Shown: piece by piece, positions 26,392 through 36,098 of the stretch | How the letters are laid out: each line of letters opens with the position of its first letter | Numbering within the stretch: position 1 is the first letter of the stretch | DNA from: Chloroflexota bacterium | Lineage (GTDB): Bacteria; Chloroflexota; Anaerolineae; Anaerolineales; Villigracilaceae | Length of the DNA: 64,000 nt | Reading direction: 5' to 3' | NCBI GenBank assembly: GCA_049323115.1 | Contig: JBMOMP010000031.1 | Span: forward strand, 36,018-100,017 | Program-made: the position numbers and the translations under genes | Notes under the pieces: generated by a model | The model's input: only the letters and a program-made list of their open reading frames with translations | Told to the model about the DNA's origin: nothing | The model's database searches: none

Positions 26392-27054
26392 ATGAGTCAA
26401 TCGAAACGTTTCGGACGACGGGACTTTCTTATCCTCGGAGCCGCCACCCTTGGGGGAGCCGCCTGGGCGGCGTTGCGGCAGCCTGCCATCGAAATGGACG
26501 AGTATGTTTGCGGGCTGGCGGCAAATTCACAGGGGAAAATTCTGGTCACGTACACCAGCCGCTACGGCTCCACCGTTGGCGTCGCCTCTGTTATCGCGGA
26601 AACGCTGTGCAAAACCGGCATGGCGGCAGACGCCAGACACATCACCAGCGTCACCGACCTCTCTGCCTACAGCGCTGCAATTATCGGTTCACCGGTCAAT
26701 TCGGATGAGTGGATGCCGGAAGCGGTCGAATTCGTCCAGGCAAACCGCAGCCGGTTGAGCCAGATGCCGGTGGCTTATTTTCTAACGTGCATGACCCTCG
26801 GCCTGACGGACCAACCCGAGGCAAGGGAGAAAATCGCTGGAGTGCTCCAGGCGGTCGAAACGCAAATCCCCGAAGTGAAACCGTTGGAGAAGGGGCTTTT
26901 TGCCGGCGCGCTGGATTACAACAAGATGTCCGTTGCCATGCAGATGATATACCGCGCCTTCGCTGAGGATGGCACCTCCGGCGATTTCCGCAACTGGGAT
27001 GCCATCCGCGCCTGGGCGGAAGCCACGGGTTACAAACTGCTGGAAAAAATTTAG
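26392..27054 (+). CDS. Flavodoxin-like protein with a twin-arginine (Tat) signal peptide
   Basis: The Tat motif is FGRRDFLILGAATLGGAAWA. The flavodoxin-like fold starts at KILVTYTSRYGSTVGVA...IIGSPV. Confidence 0.65.
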   Translation: MSQSKRFGRRDFLILGAATLGGAAWAALRQPAIEMDEYVCGLAANSQGKILVTYTSRYGSTVGVASVIAETLCKTGMAADARHITSVTDLSAYSAAIIGSPVNSDEWMPEAVEFVQANRSRLSQMPVAYFLTCMTLGLTDQPEAREKIAGVLQAVETQIPEVKPLEKGLFAGALDYNKMSVAMQMIYRAFAEDGTSGDFRNWDAIRAWAEATGYKLLEKI

Positions 27055-27067
27055 CAGTCATAAAAAT

Positions 27068-27093
27068 CTCCCTCGAAAGAGGGAGTTTTTGTT
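27068..27093. terminator. Bidirectional rho-independent terminator
   Basis: CTCCCTC-GAAA-GAGGGAG (27068-27085), followed by TTTTTGTTG and preceded by AAAAA. It lies between convergent genes. Confidence 0.6.
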
Positions 27094-27099
27094 GTAGAT

Positions 27100-28215
27100 C
27101 TACGGTTCCCATTGCGGTTGCCAGTCGGGCTCAGGATCGTCCGTCAATTGGCGCTCGTCGCTGCCGTCGGCGCGGATGATGTAGATGTCGGCCTGGCCGC
27201 CATTGCGCAGGGAGTTGTAGGCCACCCGTTGCCCGTCTGGTGACCAGGCGGGCGAATTGTTGTTGCCGCCATTCGTCAGCCGCAGGATGGTATTGGCTGC
27301 CAGGTTGAGCAGGAAAATATCCTTGTCCCCGGGTGGCCCGGCCGAGATGAGCAGGGATTTGCCGTCTGGCGACCAGTCCAGGCTGCCGGTGATGCCGAGC
27401 AAGCCTGTGTTCAACTGGCGCGCTTGTGTTCCACCTGCAGTTGAACTGCGGGTGGAAATTGCGTCGTCCGCGTTGACGAGGAAGATGTCGTATTCGAACA
27501 ATTGTGTGGTGCTCATTGCAAAGGCAATGGTCTGTCCGTCCGGCGACCAGGCCGCGCCGACGATAGAGGTCGGCCCGGCGTAATTCGGGCCTTCGTAGAG
27601 CAAGCGCAGGTTTTTGCCGGTGCGGTCCACGATCCACAGGGAGGTTTGTCCCTGCTCGACGCGGTTGGCAAACACGACTCGCTCCCCGTCTGGCGAGAAG
27701 TCTGGCGAGAAGGCGTTGCCAATCTCATTTGTCAATTGGATGGTCGAAGAGGTGCTCAACACCATGAAATACAGGTCGAACGTGCCCAGGCTGCGATTGG
27801 ATGCAAAGGCGATCGCGCCTCCCAGGGGAGAAAAGGCGGGATAATAATCATTGGCGAATTCGTCTGTCAGGCGCAACAGGCCGCTGCCATCCTGGTTGAC
27901 CATGCACAAGTGATTGTAGTCGCCGCGTGTGCAGGTAAAGATAATCCGCCCGCCATGCAAGCCGGTGGGCAGCGGGGCGGGCGTGTAGGTGGGCGGAGGC
28001 GGGGGCGTTGCCGGTACGGTGCGCGTAGGGAGGGGCGTGAAGGTGACGGGGATGGTAATTTCCTCCGGCCTGTAGATGGGGACGAGAAAAAAAAGCAGCG
28101 CAAGCAGGCCAACTACCACCAGGCTGACCGGCAAGCGCCCACTTCTTTTTTTGCTGAAGATCTTTTTGGGGCGGTTACGGTGGAACATAACAGGTTTCGT
28201 AGGACAAATTGTCAA
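27100..28215 (-). CDS. TolB-like beta-propeller (PD40/WD40-like repeat) protein, membrane anchored
   Basis: An N-terminal TM anchor and a Pro/Thr linker are followed by repeated motifs (SPDG..IAF, WSPDG, SPAWSPDG..VAY). The start is uncertain: 28215 or 28188. Confidence 0.75.
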   Translation of the reverse strand: MTICPTKPVMFHRNRPKKIFSKKRSGRLPVSLVVVGLLALLFFLVPIYRPEEITIPVTFTPLPTRTVPATPPPPPTYTPAPLPTGLHGGRIIFTCTRGDYNHLCMVNQDGSGLLRLTDEFANDYYPAFSPLGGAIAFASNRSLGTFDLYFMVLSTSSTIQLTNEIGNAFSPDFSPDGERVVFANRVEQGQTSLWIVDRTGKNLRLLYEGPNYAGPTSIVGAAWSPDGQTIAFAMSTTQLFEYDIFLVNADDAISTRSSTAGGTQARQLNTGLLGITGSLDWSPDGKSLLISAGPPGDKDIFLLNLAANTILRLTNGGNNNSPAWSPDGQRVAYNSLRNGGQADIYIIRADGSDERQLTDDPEPDWQPQWEP

Positions 28216-28226
28216 TTTGTCCTACG
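28198..28226. other. 13-bp perfect inverted repeat covering the TolB-like start codon
   Basis: CGTAGGACAAATT (28198-28210), loop GTC, then AATTTGTCCTACG (28214-28226). Confidence 0.5.
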
Positions 28227-28229
28227 ACT

Positions 28230-28433
28230 TTACAAAGCCCAGGCCAACATCAAGCCAAAGATGGCGATGACCAGTCCCAGATGCAGGAACAGGTTGGATT
28301 GCGCCACCCAGTGCGGGTAGATCATCCATTGCAAGACGTAGTTGAAGATGATCAGGGCAATCCCGATCAGGGGGAGCAATCCTTTGCGATGTGCAAGATA
28401 TTCTGAAAACCAATCCAGTAATTTCGAGATCAT
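28230..28433 (-). CDS. Small hypothetical membrane protein (2 TM)
   Basis: The 67-aa ORF has a 4-nt ATGA overlap with the hflX stop and contains two hydrophobic helices. Confidence 0.45.
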   Translation of the reverse strand: MISKLLDWFSEYLAHRKGLLPLIGIALIIFNYVLQWMIYPHWVAQSNLFLHLGLVIAIFGLMLAWAL

Positions 28434-29806
28434 ACGTCTTCCTCTCCAGGAGTGAGTTCATCCTCAGCAAGTACGGTGACTGTTTTAGCGGTAGCAAGCC
28501 AGGGCGTGAACTGAGCGAGCAGGCGTCCAGGGATGCGCCCGTGGATGTCGACCCCGCCGCGTCCATGTTCGATGCGTTCCACCTGTCCCATTTCGTGGAA
28601 CAGGGAAATCAGCGCGCCCTGCTGGTAGGGCAGGTGGACTTTGATGGGGGTATACGTTTCGTACAGTTCCTGCTGGATCACGCGCAACAGATCAGAGACG
28701 CCGCTTCCGTTCAAGCCTGAAATTGCCACTGCTTTCGGATAGTGTGCCAGCGTCTCCAGGGCCTGTTCCGGGCGCTTCAGTAGATCGAGTTTGTTCAAGA
28801 CCGTGATGGTGGGGATGTGCGCCGCGTCAATTTCCTCTAATGTTTGCTGGACGGCCTCGAACTGGTTGAGCGCGTTGGGATGGGAAATGTCCACCAGATG
28901 TAACAGCAGGTCGGCTTCGGCGATCTCCTCCAGCGTGGCGTGGAAGGCGGCCACCAACGTAGTCGGCAATTTCTGGATGAAACCGACAGTGTCGGTAAAG
29001 AGCGCCTGGTAGCCGCCGGGGAGTTCCACGCGCCGGGTGGTGGGATCGAGCGTGGCAAACAGTTGGTCGGCCACATATACGTCTGCGCGCGCCAGGCGGT
29101 TGAGCAGGGTGGATTTCCCGGCATTCGTATAGCCAACAAGCGCAATGATTGGCAGGCGGGCGCGTTTCCTTTGGGAACGGTAGCGTTCGCGGTGGGCGCG
29201 CACTTTTTCCAGTTGGCGCTTGAGGTGGGCGATGCGCTCACGGATCTGGCGGCGGTCCACTTCCAGTTGGGTCTCGCCCGGACCGCGCAGGCCTACGCCG
29301 CCGGTGGAGCCGGCGCGTCCGCCTCCGCCGCCTGCCTGGCGCGCCAGGTGCGTCCATTGACGGGTCAGGCGGGGCAGGTAGTATTCATACTGCGCCAGTT
29401 CGACCTGTAACATGCCTTCGCTGGTGTGGGCATGTTGGGCGAAGATATCCAGGATCAGCGCGGTGCGGTCGAGGACGCGCACTTTGTCCCCGAGCGCCTT
29501 TTCCAGTTCGCGCTGGTGGCGTGGGGATAGTTCGTCGTCGAAGACGATCACCTGGGCAAGCGTCTCTTCGGCCAGCGCCTTGAGTTCATCCACCTTGCCG
29601 GGGCCGATGTAGGTTTCCATGTGCGGATGGTCGAGTTTCTGGGTCAGTTCGCCAACCACCTCCAGCCCGGCGGTCTCGGAAAGCAGGGCCAGTTCGGCGA
29701 GCGAATCTTCCATGCCCAAGATGCCGGGTTTTTGATAGATTTCCACGCCGACCAGGAAAGCGTGTTCCCTTGGGGGCAGGGTTGGTTCGGGGGTTTTCTT
29801 TGCCAT
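28430..29806 (-). CDS. hflX: GTPase HflX
   Basis: The HflX N-domain is present, plus G1 LVGYTNAGKSTLLN and G3 DTVGFI...LP..LV.AF..TLEE, and NKLD. Confidence 0.9.
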   Translation of the reverse strand: MAKKTPEPTLPPREHAFLVGVEIYQKPGILGMEDSLAELALLSETAGLEVVGELTQKLDHPHMETYIGPGKVDELKALAEETLAQVIVFDDELSPRHQRELEKALGDKVRVLDRTALILDIFAQHAHTSEGMLQVELAQYEYYLPRLTRQWTHLARQAGGGGGRAGSTGGVGLRGPGETQLEVDRRQIRERIAHLKRQLEKVRAHRERYRSQRKRARLPIIALVGYTNAGKSTLLNRLARADVYVADQLFATLDPTTRRVELPGGYQALFTDTVGFIQKLPTTLVAAFHATLEEIAEADLLLHLVDISHPNALNQFEAVQQTLEEIDAAHIPTITVLNKLDLLKRPEQALETLAHYPKAVAISGLNGSGVSDLLRVIQQELYETYTPIKVHLPYQQGALISLFHEMGQVERIEHGRGGVDIHGRIPGRLLAQFTPWLATAKTVTVLAEDELTPGEEDV

Positions 29807-29836
29807 AACTGATGTTCGGTTGTGTATCCTGGGCAG

Positions 29837-31075
29837 TTAAGCCCCCGGAGCGGGGTTCGTGTGGGGCCTTTCCGTTGGGAAGAGTTTTTCCAGTTTGGGG
29901 TCCGCTGCATCGGTTCGAATGGGCAACAGGATGTGGAAGGTAGAACCCGGGCATTTCTTCTCGTCGCAACCCTCAGATTCGACCCAGATTGTGCCGCCGT
30001 GCGCTTCGATGATGCCGCGTGTGATGGGCAAGCCCAACCCCGGCCCGCCGCCCTTGAACTTGGTCTTGCCGCTGGAATGCAGGTTGGGATGGCCCAATTG
30101 CCCGAATTTCTCGAAGATCGCCGTTTGGTGTTCGGGTGAGATGCCGATGCCGTTGTCTTTGATGGTCATTTCGATGAAACCGGGCAACGTGCGCCCATCC
30201 ACAATGATTTTACCCTTGTCGGGTGTGTATTTGATCGCATTGATCAGTACGTTTCGAAAGGCCTGATACAGGCGTTCGCTGTCGGCGTAGATCCAAGTCT
30301 GGCTGCCGGGGAACCTGCGGATTTCCAGTTTTTGCATCCTTTCCAGGACGGAAGAGACCAGGTCGTTCTTGAGCAGGTTCAAGATGTGAAGGATCGTGGT
30401 CTGTTGGAATTGCAGGGAGAGCAGGTTGTTGTCTATCAGCGAGACATCGATCATGTCGTCGATGATTTCGTGCAAGCGGACTACACCCTTATTCATGCCG
30501 AAAAGCAAGTCATCGAATTGGGTCTGGCCGGACTCTTCGATCATGTCGCGCATCATAGAGGCGTAACCCTCAATCAGGGTCAAGGGCGTCTTCAATTCGT
30601 GCGCCGCTACGGAGATGAAATTCGACTTGGTCTGGTCGAGTTGCTCCAGTTGCTGCTGCACTTTGATAAGTTCCTTCGACATATAGGCCAGGCGGGTTTC
30701 CATTTCCAGCCGGGCAGCCTTGTCCAGTACATGTGTGTAAATCGGCAGAAGCGCCGCCAGCAGGTTGAGGGCTTCTTTTTCATTCAAGGTTTCGTGCGCG
30801 AGTTCATTCGTCGCGGCGATCATGCGACCTAGAAGTTGGGAGACATTGTTCCTGCCTTCTTCCAGGTCGGTTTGGGTCGGCGACGCGGTCCATTCGACCA
30901 GGATGGAATCCAGCCAGGCCGGGTCGCCCGTTGCGACCGCTTGCTGCATGTGCGTGAAGAACTGGTCGAGTTGGGTTTGGAAATCCGCCCGCACGTCTGC
31001 GCCGCGCGCGATGCTGTGCGCCACGCGGTAGGTCCAGGCGGGGCGAATCCTGGCAAGTAGTTCTTGGGCGTTCAT
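29837..31075 (-). CDS. Cytoplasmic sensor histidine kinase
   Basis: H-box: FISVAAHELKTPLTLIEGY. HATPase_c: NAIKYTP...DNGIGI...GGPGLGLPITRGIIEAHGG. Confidence 0.85.
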   Translation of the reverse strand: MNAQELLARIRPAWTYRVAHSIARGADVRADFQTQLDQFFTHMQQAVATGDPAWLDSILVEWTASPTQTDLEEGRNNVSQLLGRMIAATNELAHETLNEKEALNLLAALLPIYTHVLDKAARLEMETRLAYMSKELIKVQQQLEQLDQTKSNFISVAAHELKTPLTLIEGYASMMRDMIEESGQTQFDDLLFGMNKGVVRLHEIIDDMIDVSLIDNNLLSLQFQQTTILHILNLLKNDLVSSVLERMQKLEIRRFPGSQTWIYADSERLYQAFRNVLINAIKYTPDKGKIIVDGRTLPGFIEMTIKDNGIGISPEHQTAIFEKFGQLGHPNLHSSGKTKFKGGGPGLGLPITRGIIEAHGGTIWVESEGCDEKKCPGSTFHILLPIRTDAADPKLEKLFPTERPHTNPAPGA

Positions 31076-31140
31076 CTAGTATAGTTTACGCGCTCTCCCG
31101 CTTTTTGGCAAATTGGGATTGGTAAATGTGGGCGCGCCCG

Positions 31141-32049
31141 CTATTCGGGCAAATAGCGTTTTAACAGCCACTCTTGCAGCGTTTCGCCAACGGTGGCCAG
31201 GCTTTCGGCTGAAACTTTATCGGGCGTATCGGCGGTGGTGTGCCAGTACGGGTAATCGAAATCAATGATGTCTACGGCAGGGATGCCGGCCTGTAGGAAT
31301 GGCGTGTGGTCGTCCAGGAGGCTGTGTTTCGGCTGCGCAATGAACCGGTCTGCGTAGCCCAGGTCTGCCGCCGCTGTCCAGATTTCATTTACCAGGACGG
31401 GGTCGGAATTCCGTTCGATGTAGATGTCCTGGCCGGCGTCGCCGATCATGTCTACGATGACCACCGCCTCGGGGCGCGCCTCCAGTTGCTCCACGAAGGC
31501 GCGCGAGCCGAGGATCCAGTCCCAGCCCTGGATGTCCCCGTTGTCTTCCGCGTCGAAGAAGACCAGCCACAGCGGCGGCGTCTCTTCGGGCAGGGTGCGC
31601 GCCAGTTCGAGCAGCACGGCCACGCCCGAAGCGCCGTCGTTTGCGCCCGGCACAGACTGGAGTTGCTTGAGTGGATCGGGATCGTGGTCGGCGAAGAGGC
31701 GCGTGTCGTAGTGCGCGCCGAGGATAACCTGCGGCGGCTCGTCCCCGCGCCAGGCGATGAGGTTTTGGATGGGATGCCCCAGCATTTCGGCGGACTGGAT
31801 GCGCGAGTCCCAGCCCGCAGCGGACAATTCCGCGCGCATCCATTCCAGGACGCGGGCCTGCCCGGCCGACCCGGGCGTTCGCGCCCCGAAAGCGACCTGC
31901 GTTTCGACGTCGGCCAGGGCGCGCTGCCCGTCGAATGCAACGGGAGCAGGTCCCGGCTGGGTCCAGAACGCGAAGACGTACCAGCCTGTTGCGGCGGCGA
32001 GCAGGAGTCCGATCAGGGAAAGGTAGATTGCGATTCGTTTTTTTGTCAT
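31141..32049 (-). CDS. M28 family peptidase (glutaminyl-cyclase/aminopeptidase-like), membrane anchored
   Basis: An N-terminal anchor is followed by ILGAHYDT...[17 protein letters not shown]...FFDAEDNG...DDHTPF, the metal-ligand pattern of M28. Confidence 0.75.
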   Translation of the reverse strand: MTKKRIAIYLSLIGLLLAAATGWYVFAFWTQPGPAPVAFDGQRALADVETQVAFGARTPGSAGQARVLEWMRAELSAAGWDSRIQSAEMLGHPIQNLIAWRGDEPPQVILGAHYDTRLFADHDPDPLKQLQSVPGANDGASGVAVLLELARTLPEETPPLWLVFFDAEDNGDIQGWDWILGSRAFVEQLEARPEAVVIVDMIGDAGQDIYIERNSDPVLVNEIWTAAADLGYADRFIAQPKHSLLDDHTPFLQAGIPAVDIIDFDYPYWHTTADTPDKVSAESLATVGETLQEWLLKRYLPE

Positions 32050-33398
32050 AGGCTTAAATACGTTTCCAGCGCGGCCAGGGCGCGGTCGGCGTAGGCTTTC
32101 CCGCGCTCGCGTTTGCCGGGCGGTTTTTTGCCCGTGTGTTCCAGGGGCGGCAGGATGCCGAAGTTGGCCTTCATGGGTTGGAAGTCTTGCATGTCAGCGT
32201 GGGTGACGTAGCGGCAGAGCGCGCCCAGCATGGTTTCGGGCGGCAGTTCGAGCAGGGGACGACCGGTGAGCAGGCGCGCGGCGTTAAGTCCCGCCAGCAG
32301 GCCGGTGGCGATGTTGCCCATGTAGCCTTCTACGCCGGTGATCTGGCCGGCGAAGAACAGGTCGTCGCGCGTTTTGTGTTGTAATGTGGGGCGCAGCAGT
32401 TTGGGGCTGGCCAGGAAGGTGTTGCGGTGCATCTGGCCGTAGCGCGCGAACTCGGCGTTTTGGAGGCCGGGGATCAGGCGCAGGACGCGGCGCTGTTCCG
32501 GGAATTTCAGGTTGGTCTGGAAGCCGACCAGGTTGTAGAGATCCCCCGCCAGGTTGTCCTGCCGCAGTTGGACGACGGCATACGGGCGGCGCCCGGTGCG
32601 GGGATCGGTCAGACCGACCGGGCGCATGGGACCGAAGGCCAGCGAGTCGCGTCCGCGCCCGGCGATGATCTCGACCGGCAGGCAGCCTTCGAAGAAGTGA
32701 TGCGCGCCCGCCCTGACGCCGGCTTTGATGGCGTCTTCGAAGGAGCGCAATTCGATGCGCTCGGCCTCCAGCAGGGCGTGGACGAAGGTTTCGTATTCTT
32801 CTTTCGTGAAGGGACAGTTGAGGTAATCGCCCTCATCCTGCTCGCCCTTGCCGTAGCGCGAAGCGTGGAAGGCGATCTCCATGTCGATGCTGTCCGCTTC
32901 CACGATGGGGGCAATGGCGTCGAAGAAGTACAGGTTTTCTTCGCCGTTCAGTTCGGCCAGCGCTTGCGAGAGCGCCGGGGAGGTGAGCGGGCCAGAGGCG
33001 ATGACGGCGGGCGTCCCTGGGATGCCGGTGGCTTCCCGGCGGATGACTTCGATATTGGAGTGGTTCTGGATGCGTTCGGTGACGGCGCGCGCGAAGCCTT
33101 CCCGGTCTACGGCCAACGCCCCGCCTGCGGGCAGGGCGGTCGCTTCGGCGCAGGCCAGCAGCATGGAGCCCAGCCGGCGCAGTTCGTTCTTGAGCAGGCC
33201 GGATGCACGGTCGGGCAGGTTGGAGCCAAGTGAATTCGAACAAACTAACTCGGCCAGGTCCGCGGTCTGGTGCGCGCCGGTGGAGGTTTCCGGGCGCATC
33301 TCGTACAGCCGCACTTTGAGTCCGCGTTGGGCGGCTTGCCAGGCGGCCTCGCTGCCCGCCAGTCCGCCGCCGATGACGGTGAGGGAGGGGGTATTCAT
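32046..33398 (-). CDS. trmFO: Methylenetetrahydrofolate--tRNA-(uracil-5-)-methyltransferase TrmFO
   Basis: From the internal ATG 33398 it reads [23 protein letters not shown] (FAD motif). LVCSNSLG and GQITGVEGY are also present. The upstream part of the ORF overlaps the divergent gene. Confidence 0.9.
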   Translation of the reverse strand: MNTPSLTVIGGGLAGSEAAWQAAQRGLKVRLYEMRPETSTGAHQTADLAELVCSNSLGSNLPDRASGLLKNELRRLGSMLLACAEATALPAGGALAVDREGFARAVTERIQNHSNIEVIRREATGIPGTPAVIASGPLTSPALSQALAELNGEENLYFFDAIAPIVEADSIDMEIAFHASRYGKGEQDEGDYLNCPFTKEEYETFVHALLEAERIELRSFEDAIKAGVRAGAHHFFEGCLPVEIIAGRGRDSLAFGPMRPVGLTDPRTGRRPYAVVQLRQDNLAGDLYNLVGFQTNLKFPEQRRVLRLIPGLQNAEFARYGQMHRNTFLASPKLLRPTLQHKTRDDLFFAGQITGVEGYMGNIATGLLAGLNAARLLTGRPLLELPPETMLGALCRYVTHADMQDFQPMKANFGILPPLEHTGKKPPGKRERGKAYADRALAALETYLSL

Positions 33399-33440
33399 GT
33401 GAGAACCGATTGTACCATTTCCAGTTGTTTCGACTCGTGT

Positions 33441-33449
33441 TGTATAATC
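33441..33449 (+). promoter_or_regulatory. Extended -10-like element for the multi-GAF kinase operon
   Basis: TGTATAATC lies 10-18 nt upstream of the ATG at 33459, so any leader would be very short or absent. No good -35 was seen. Confidence 0.35.
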
Positions 33450-33458
33450 AGGTTGTTT

Positions 33459-36089
33459 ATGAAAGAATCCAGCAGAGTGCTTCATCTTATCAAAGAAGCG
33501 GCCCATATCACTGGCGCGGATTGGGGGGCGCATTTGGAGCGCCAGGGCGGAAAGTGGCATTTTTTGCATGTGTATCGTATCAATAAGAAGCGAGTTGTTG
33601 CGCTGGGCGAGTACCTTTCCCGGGCGTCTGTGGATTCTTGGTTGTGTGGGGCGTTAGGTAGCCGTTCCAGCCGCTCGCGCAGTATTTTGGATGAATCGGT
33701 TTTGGGTTGTCCGCGTTTGTATGCGTATCCGGTGGGTAAGAGCACGGATGTATTGTTGGTCGGTGGAGGGGAGCAAGACAAAACCTCGCGGGCTGTTTGG
33801 AAATTGGCGGCAGACGCATTGTCTGATGGCGCTGCGCAGGAGCCGGAGGTTTTGCCAGTGGTTAGCGACACGCTCGTCCCGGCTATCCAGGAGGGAGTGC
33901 CTTATGACCTTCCGGCGGCCTTGGATAGGATTCTGGCCTTGATCGCGCAACAAATTCCTTGCCAGGGGGCATGGTTGGGCGTGCGGCGCGGCGATATCTT
34001 CGATCTGCGTTCTCACTGGCGAGCGCCGCAATGCAAGAATATCTCCCTGGCAATGGAGGCTTACGATGCGCTGCGAGAGATCGGCCTGACTCATGCTGGT
34101 TTGCGCTTCGAGCGCGACCAGCCGGGCTGGGAGTTCATTCCGCAAATGGGTTTGAAACCGACGACTGGCGCGTGGGGTTGCGTTCCGTTGGTAGTGGGCC
34201 GACGGTTGATTGGGGCCGTTGCATTGTGGCGTTTGCGTACTTTCAACGACCAGGAGTGGAAACAGTTTTTGGAACTGGTTGCGCGCGCTGCGCCGTCCGT
34301 TGAAATCATCCTTACTTTTACGGAATTGAGCGGCCATTTGCGTCGTTTGGCCTTGCTGAATGATTTTGTGTTGACCGTTTCTTCCGGCCAGAATTTGGAC
34401 CAGATTGCGCGGCGCGCATTTGCGTTGGTTTCGCGCGCATTTCAGACCGAGTCGATCAGTATGTATCTGTTATCCACTGATGGGCGTATGTTGCGAGAAT
34501 ATCAAAATGACAGTGGACGGTTGTCAATTCAGACCGGCAGTGTAGCAGGACACCCCTTTGCTTCTGTTCTGAAACTTGGACACATTCAATCTTTTGACAG
34601 GGAGTCGGCCCCCAGTGACTTGCAATTTGCTTTGGATGAAACACACACATTGATGTTGGTACCGCTGAAATATCGTGGGCGCAATAATGGTTTACTCGTC
34701 CTTGGGCAGGAACGATTAGATGAGTTTTCGGTTTATGATATCCACTCTTTGACGGTTTTGTCGGGCTATTTGGCGGGTTTGGTCGAATATAGTCGCCTGC
34801 GTGAGGAAGCGGAGGGGCGTGCAAGAAATCTTGGCTTGATTCATGAGGTGGTGCAAGAGGTAATTGGCCTGGTGAATAAGCAGGAAGTCGTGCAGATCAC
34901 GGCTGAACTATTGGTACAGTATTTCGGGTACGAATTTGCAGTGATTGTTTTAGTTGACAATGACGGGAATGTAACAATATGTGGTGTCGGCGGTTCCCAT
35001 GCCCCTTCTGTGCAAACGATCTTATCTGAACTTTTGGTGTCGGCCAAAGAAGGGGAGGGAGGTATACCTCGTCATGTGTTGCAGACAGGAGAGAGTTTGC
35101 TTGTGAACGATGTAAGCAGGTCGCCGTTATACCATCCACTTCGAGGTTGGGAAGCGGGATCAGAATTGTGCATTGCCCTAAAAGAGGGGAATCACGTTAT
35201 CGGTTTGATGGACATCGAAAGCAGCGTTCAGAATGCTTTTGGGCAAAATGATTTTATGGCATTAGAATCTTTAGCGGGTATCTTGAGTAGCGTACTATCC
35301 AGCGCTGACCAGTACCAGCGTTTGCAAGAGAATGTTCTTCAGTTGCGGCAAATCCAACTTGAATTGCAGACCAGGATTGAGGCGCAGATGGAAGCGGAGC
35401 GTAGATTGATCCAGGCGGAAAAACTGGCAGCGGTCGGTGAAATGGCGGCCGGCATTGCGCATGAATTGAACAATCCACTGACAACAGTGACCGGGTTTAC
35501 AGAACTTGTGCTGGATGAAATGTCAGAAGATGCGTCCAACCGGCCTGACCTTGAGATGGTTTTGAAAGAGGCACGACGTGCACGGGATGTCGTGCGTCGT
35601 TTATTGGATTTTTCTCGCCGTAGCGAAAGCGAACGTACGCGTGTGGACATAAATCAATTGGTGAACGACGCCCTTTCTTTGACAAAGCATTTGATTCATA
35701 CGAGTGGCGTCCAACTGGACCTGCGCTTAGGAAAGAATTTACCCTGGGTTTCCGTAGACCGGAATCAGATTAAACAGGTTTTCCTGAATTTGTTTCACAA
35801 TGCGTTGCAAGCAATGCCGGCGGGTGGTAGCCTGGTGGTAGAGACTTGTTTTCGTGAGCGTGATGAACGGAAGTGGGTGGTTGCTGTTGTAGCGGATACG
35901 GGCAGTGGAATCGCTGAGGCTCACAAAGAGCGTATTTTCGAACCATTTTTCACTACCCGCTCTGGGCAAGGTGGTACCGGCCTGGGCCTTTCAGTGACAT
36001 ATGGGATCGTTTCTGACCACGGTGGCATGATCGACGTGGATAGTGGTGTAGGACAAGGGGCTCGTTTTACCGTGTGGTTACCTTTTTAG
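33459..36089 (+). CDS. Multi-GAF sensor histidine kinase
   Basis: It starts at the internal ATG 33459. Several GAF-like modules precede a coiled coil. H-box: [15 protein letters not shown]. HATPase_c: [19 protein letters not shown]. Confidence 0.85.
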   Translation: MKESSRVLHLIKEAAHITGADWGAHLERQGGKWHFLHVYRINKKRVVALGEYLSRASVDSWLCGALGSRSSRSRSILDESVLGCPRLYAYPVGKSTDVLLVGGGEQDKTSRAVWKLAADALSDGAAQEPEVLPVVSDTLVPAIQEGVPYDLPAALDRILALIAQQIPCQGAWLGVRRGDIFDLRSHWRAPQCKNISLAMEAYDALREIGLTHAGLRFERDQPGWEFIPQMGLKPTTGAWGCVPLVVGRRLIGAVALWRLRTFNDQEWKQFLELVARAAPSVEIILTFTELSGHLRRLALLNDFVLTVSSGQNLDQIARRAFALVSRAFQTESISMYLLSTDGRMLREYQNDSGRLSIQTGSVAGHPFASVLKLGHIQSFDRESAPSDLQFALDETHTLMLVPLKYRGRNNGLLVLGQERLDEFSVYDIHSLTVLSGYLAGLVEYSRLREEAEGRARNLGLIHEVVQEVIGLVNKQEVVQITAELLVQYFGYEFAVIVLVDNDGNVTICGVGGSHAPSVQTILSELLVSAKEGEGGIPRHVLQTGESLLVNDVSRSPLYHPLRGWEAGSELCIALKEGNHVIGLMDIESSVQNAFGQNDFMALESLAGILSSVLSSADQYQRLQENVLQLRQIQLELQTRIEAQMEAERRLIQAEKLAAVGEMAAGIAHELNNPLTTVTGFTELVLDEMSEDASNRPDLEMVLKEARRARDVVRRLLDFSRRSESERTRVDINQLVNDALSLTKHLIHTSGVQLDLRLGKNLPWVSVDRNQIKQVFLNLFHNALQAMPAGGSLVVETCFRERDERKWVVAVVADTGSGIAEAHKERIFEPFFTTRSGQGGTGLGLSVTYGIVSDHGGMIDVDSGVGQGARFTVWLPF

Positions 36090-36098
36090 GTTTTTTAG

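Noticed and set aside
33270-33458. Upstream extension of the multi-GAF kinase ORF (track start 33270)
   Set aside because: The extension overlaps the trmFO 5' end on the other strand and the promoter-like TGTATAAT. The internal ATG at 33459 gives a sensible N-terminus.
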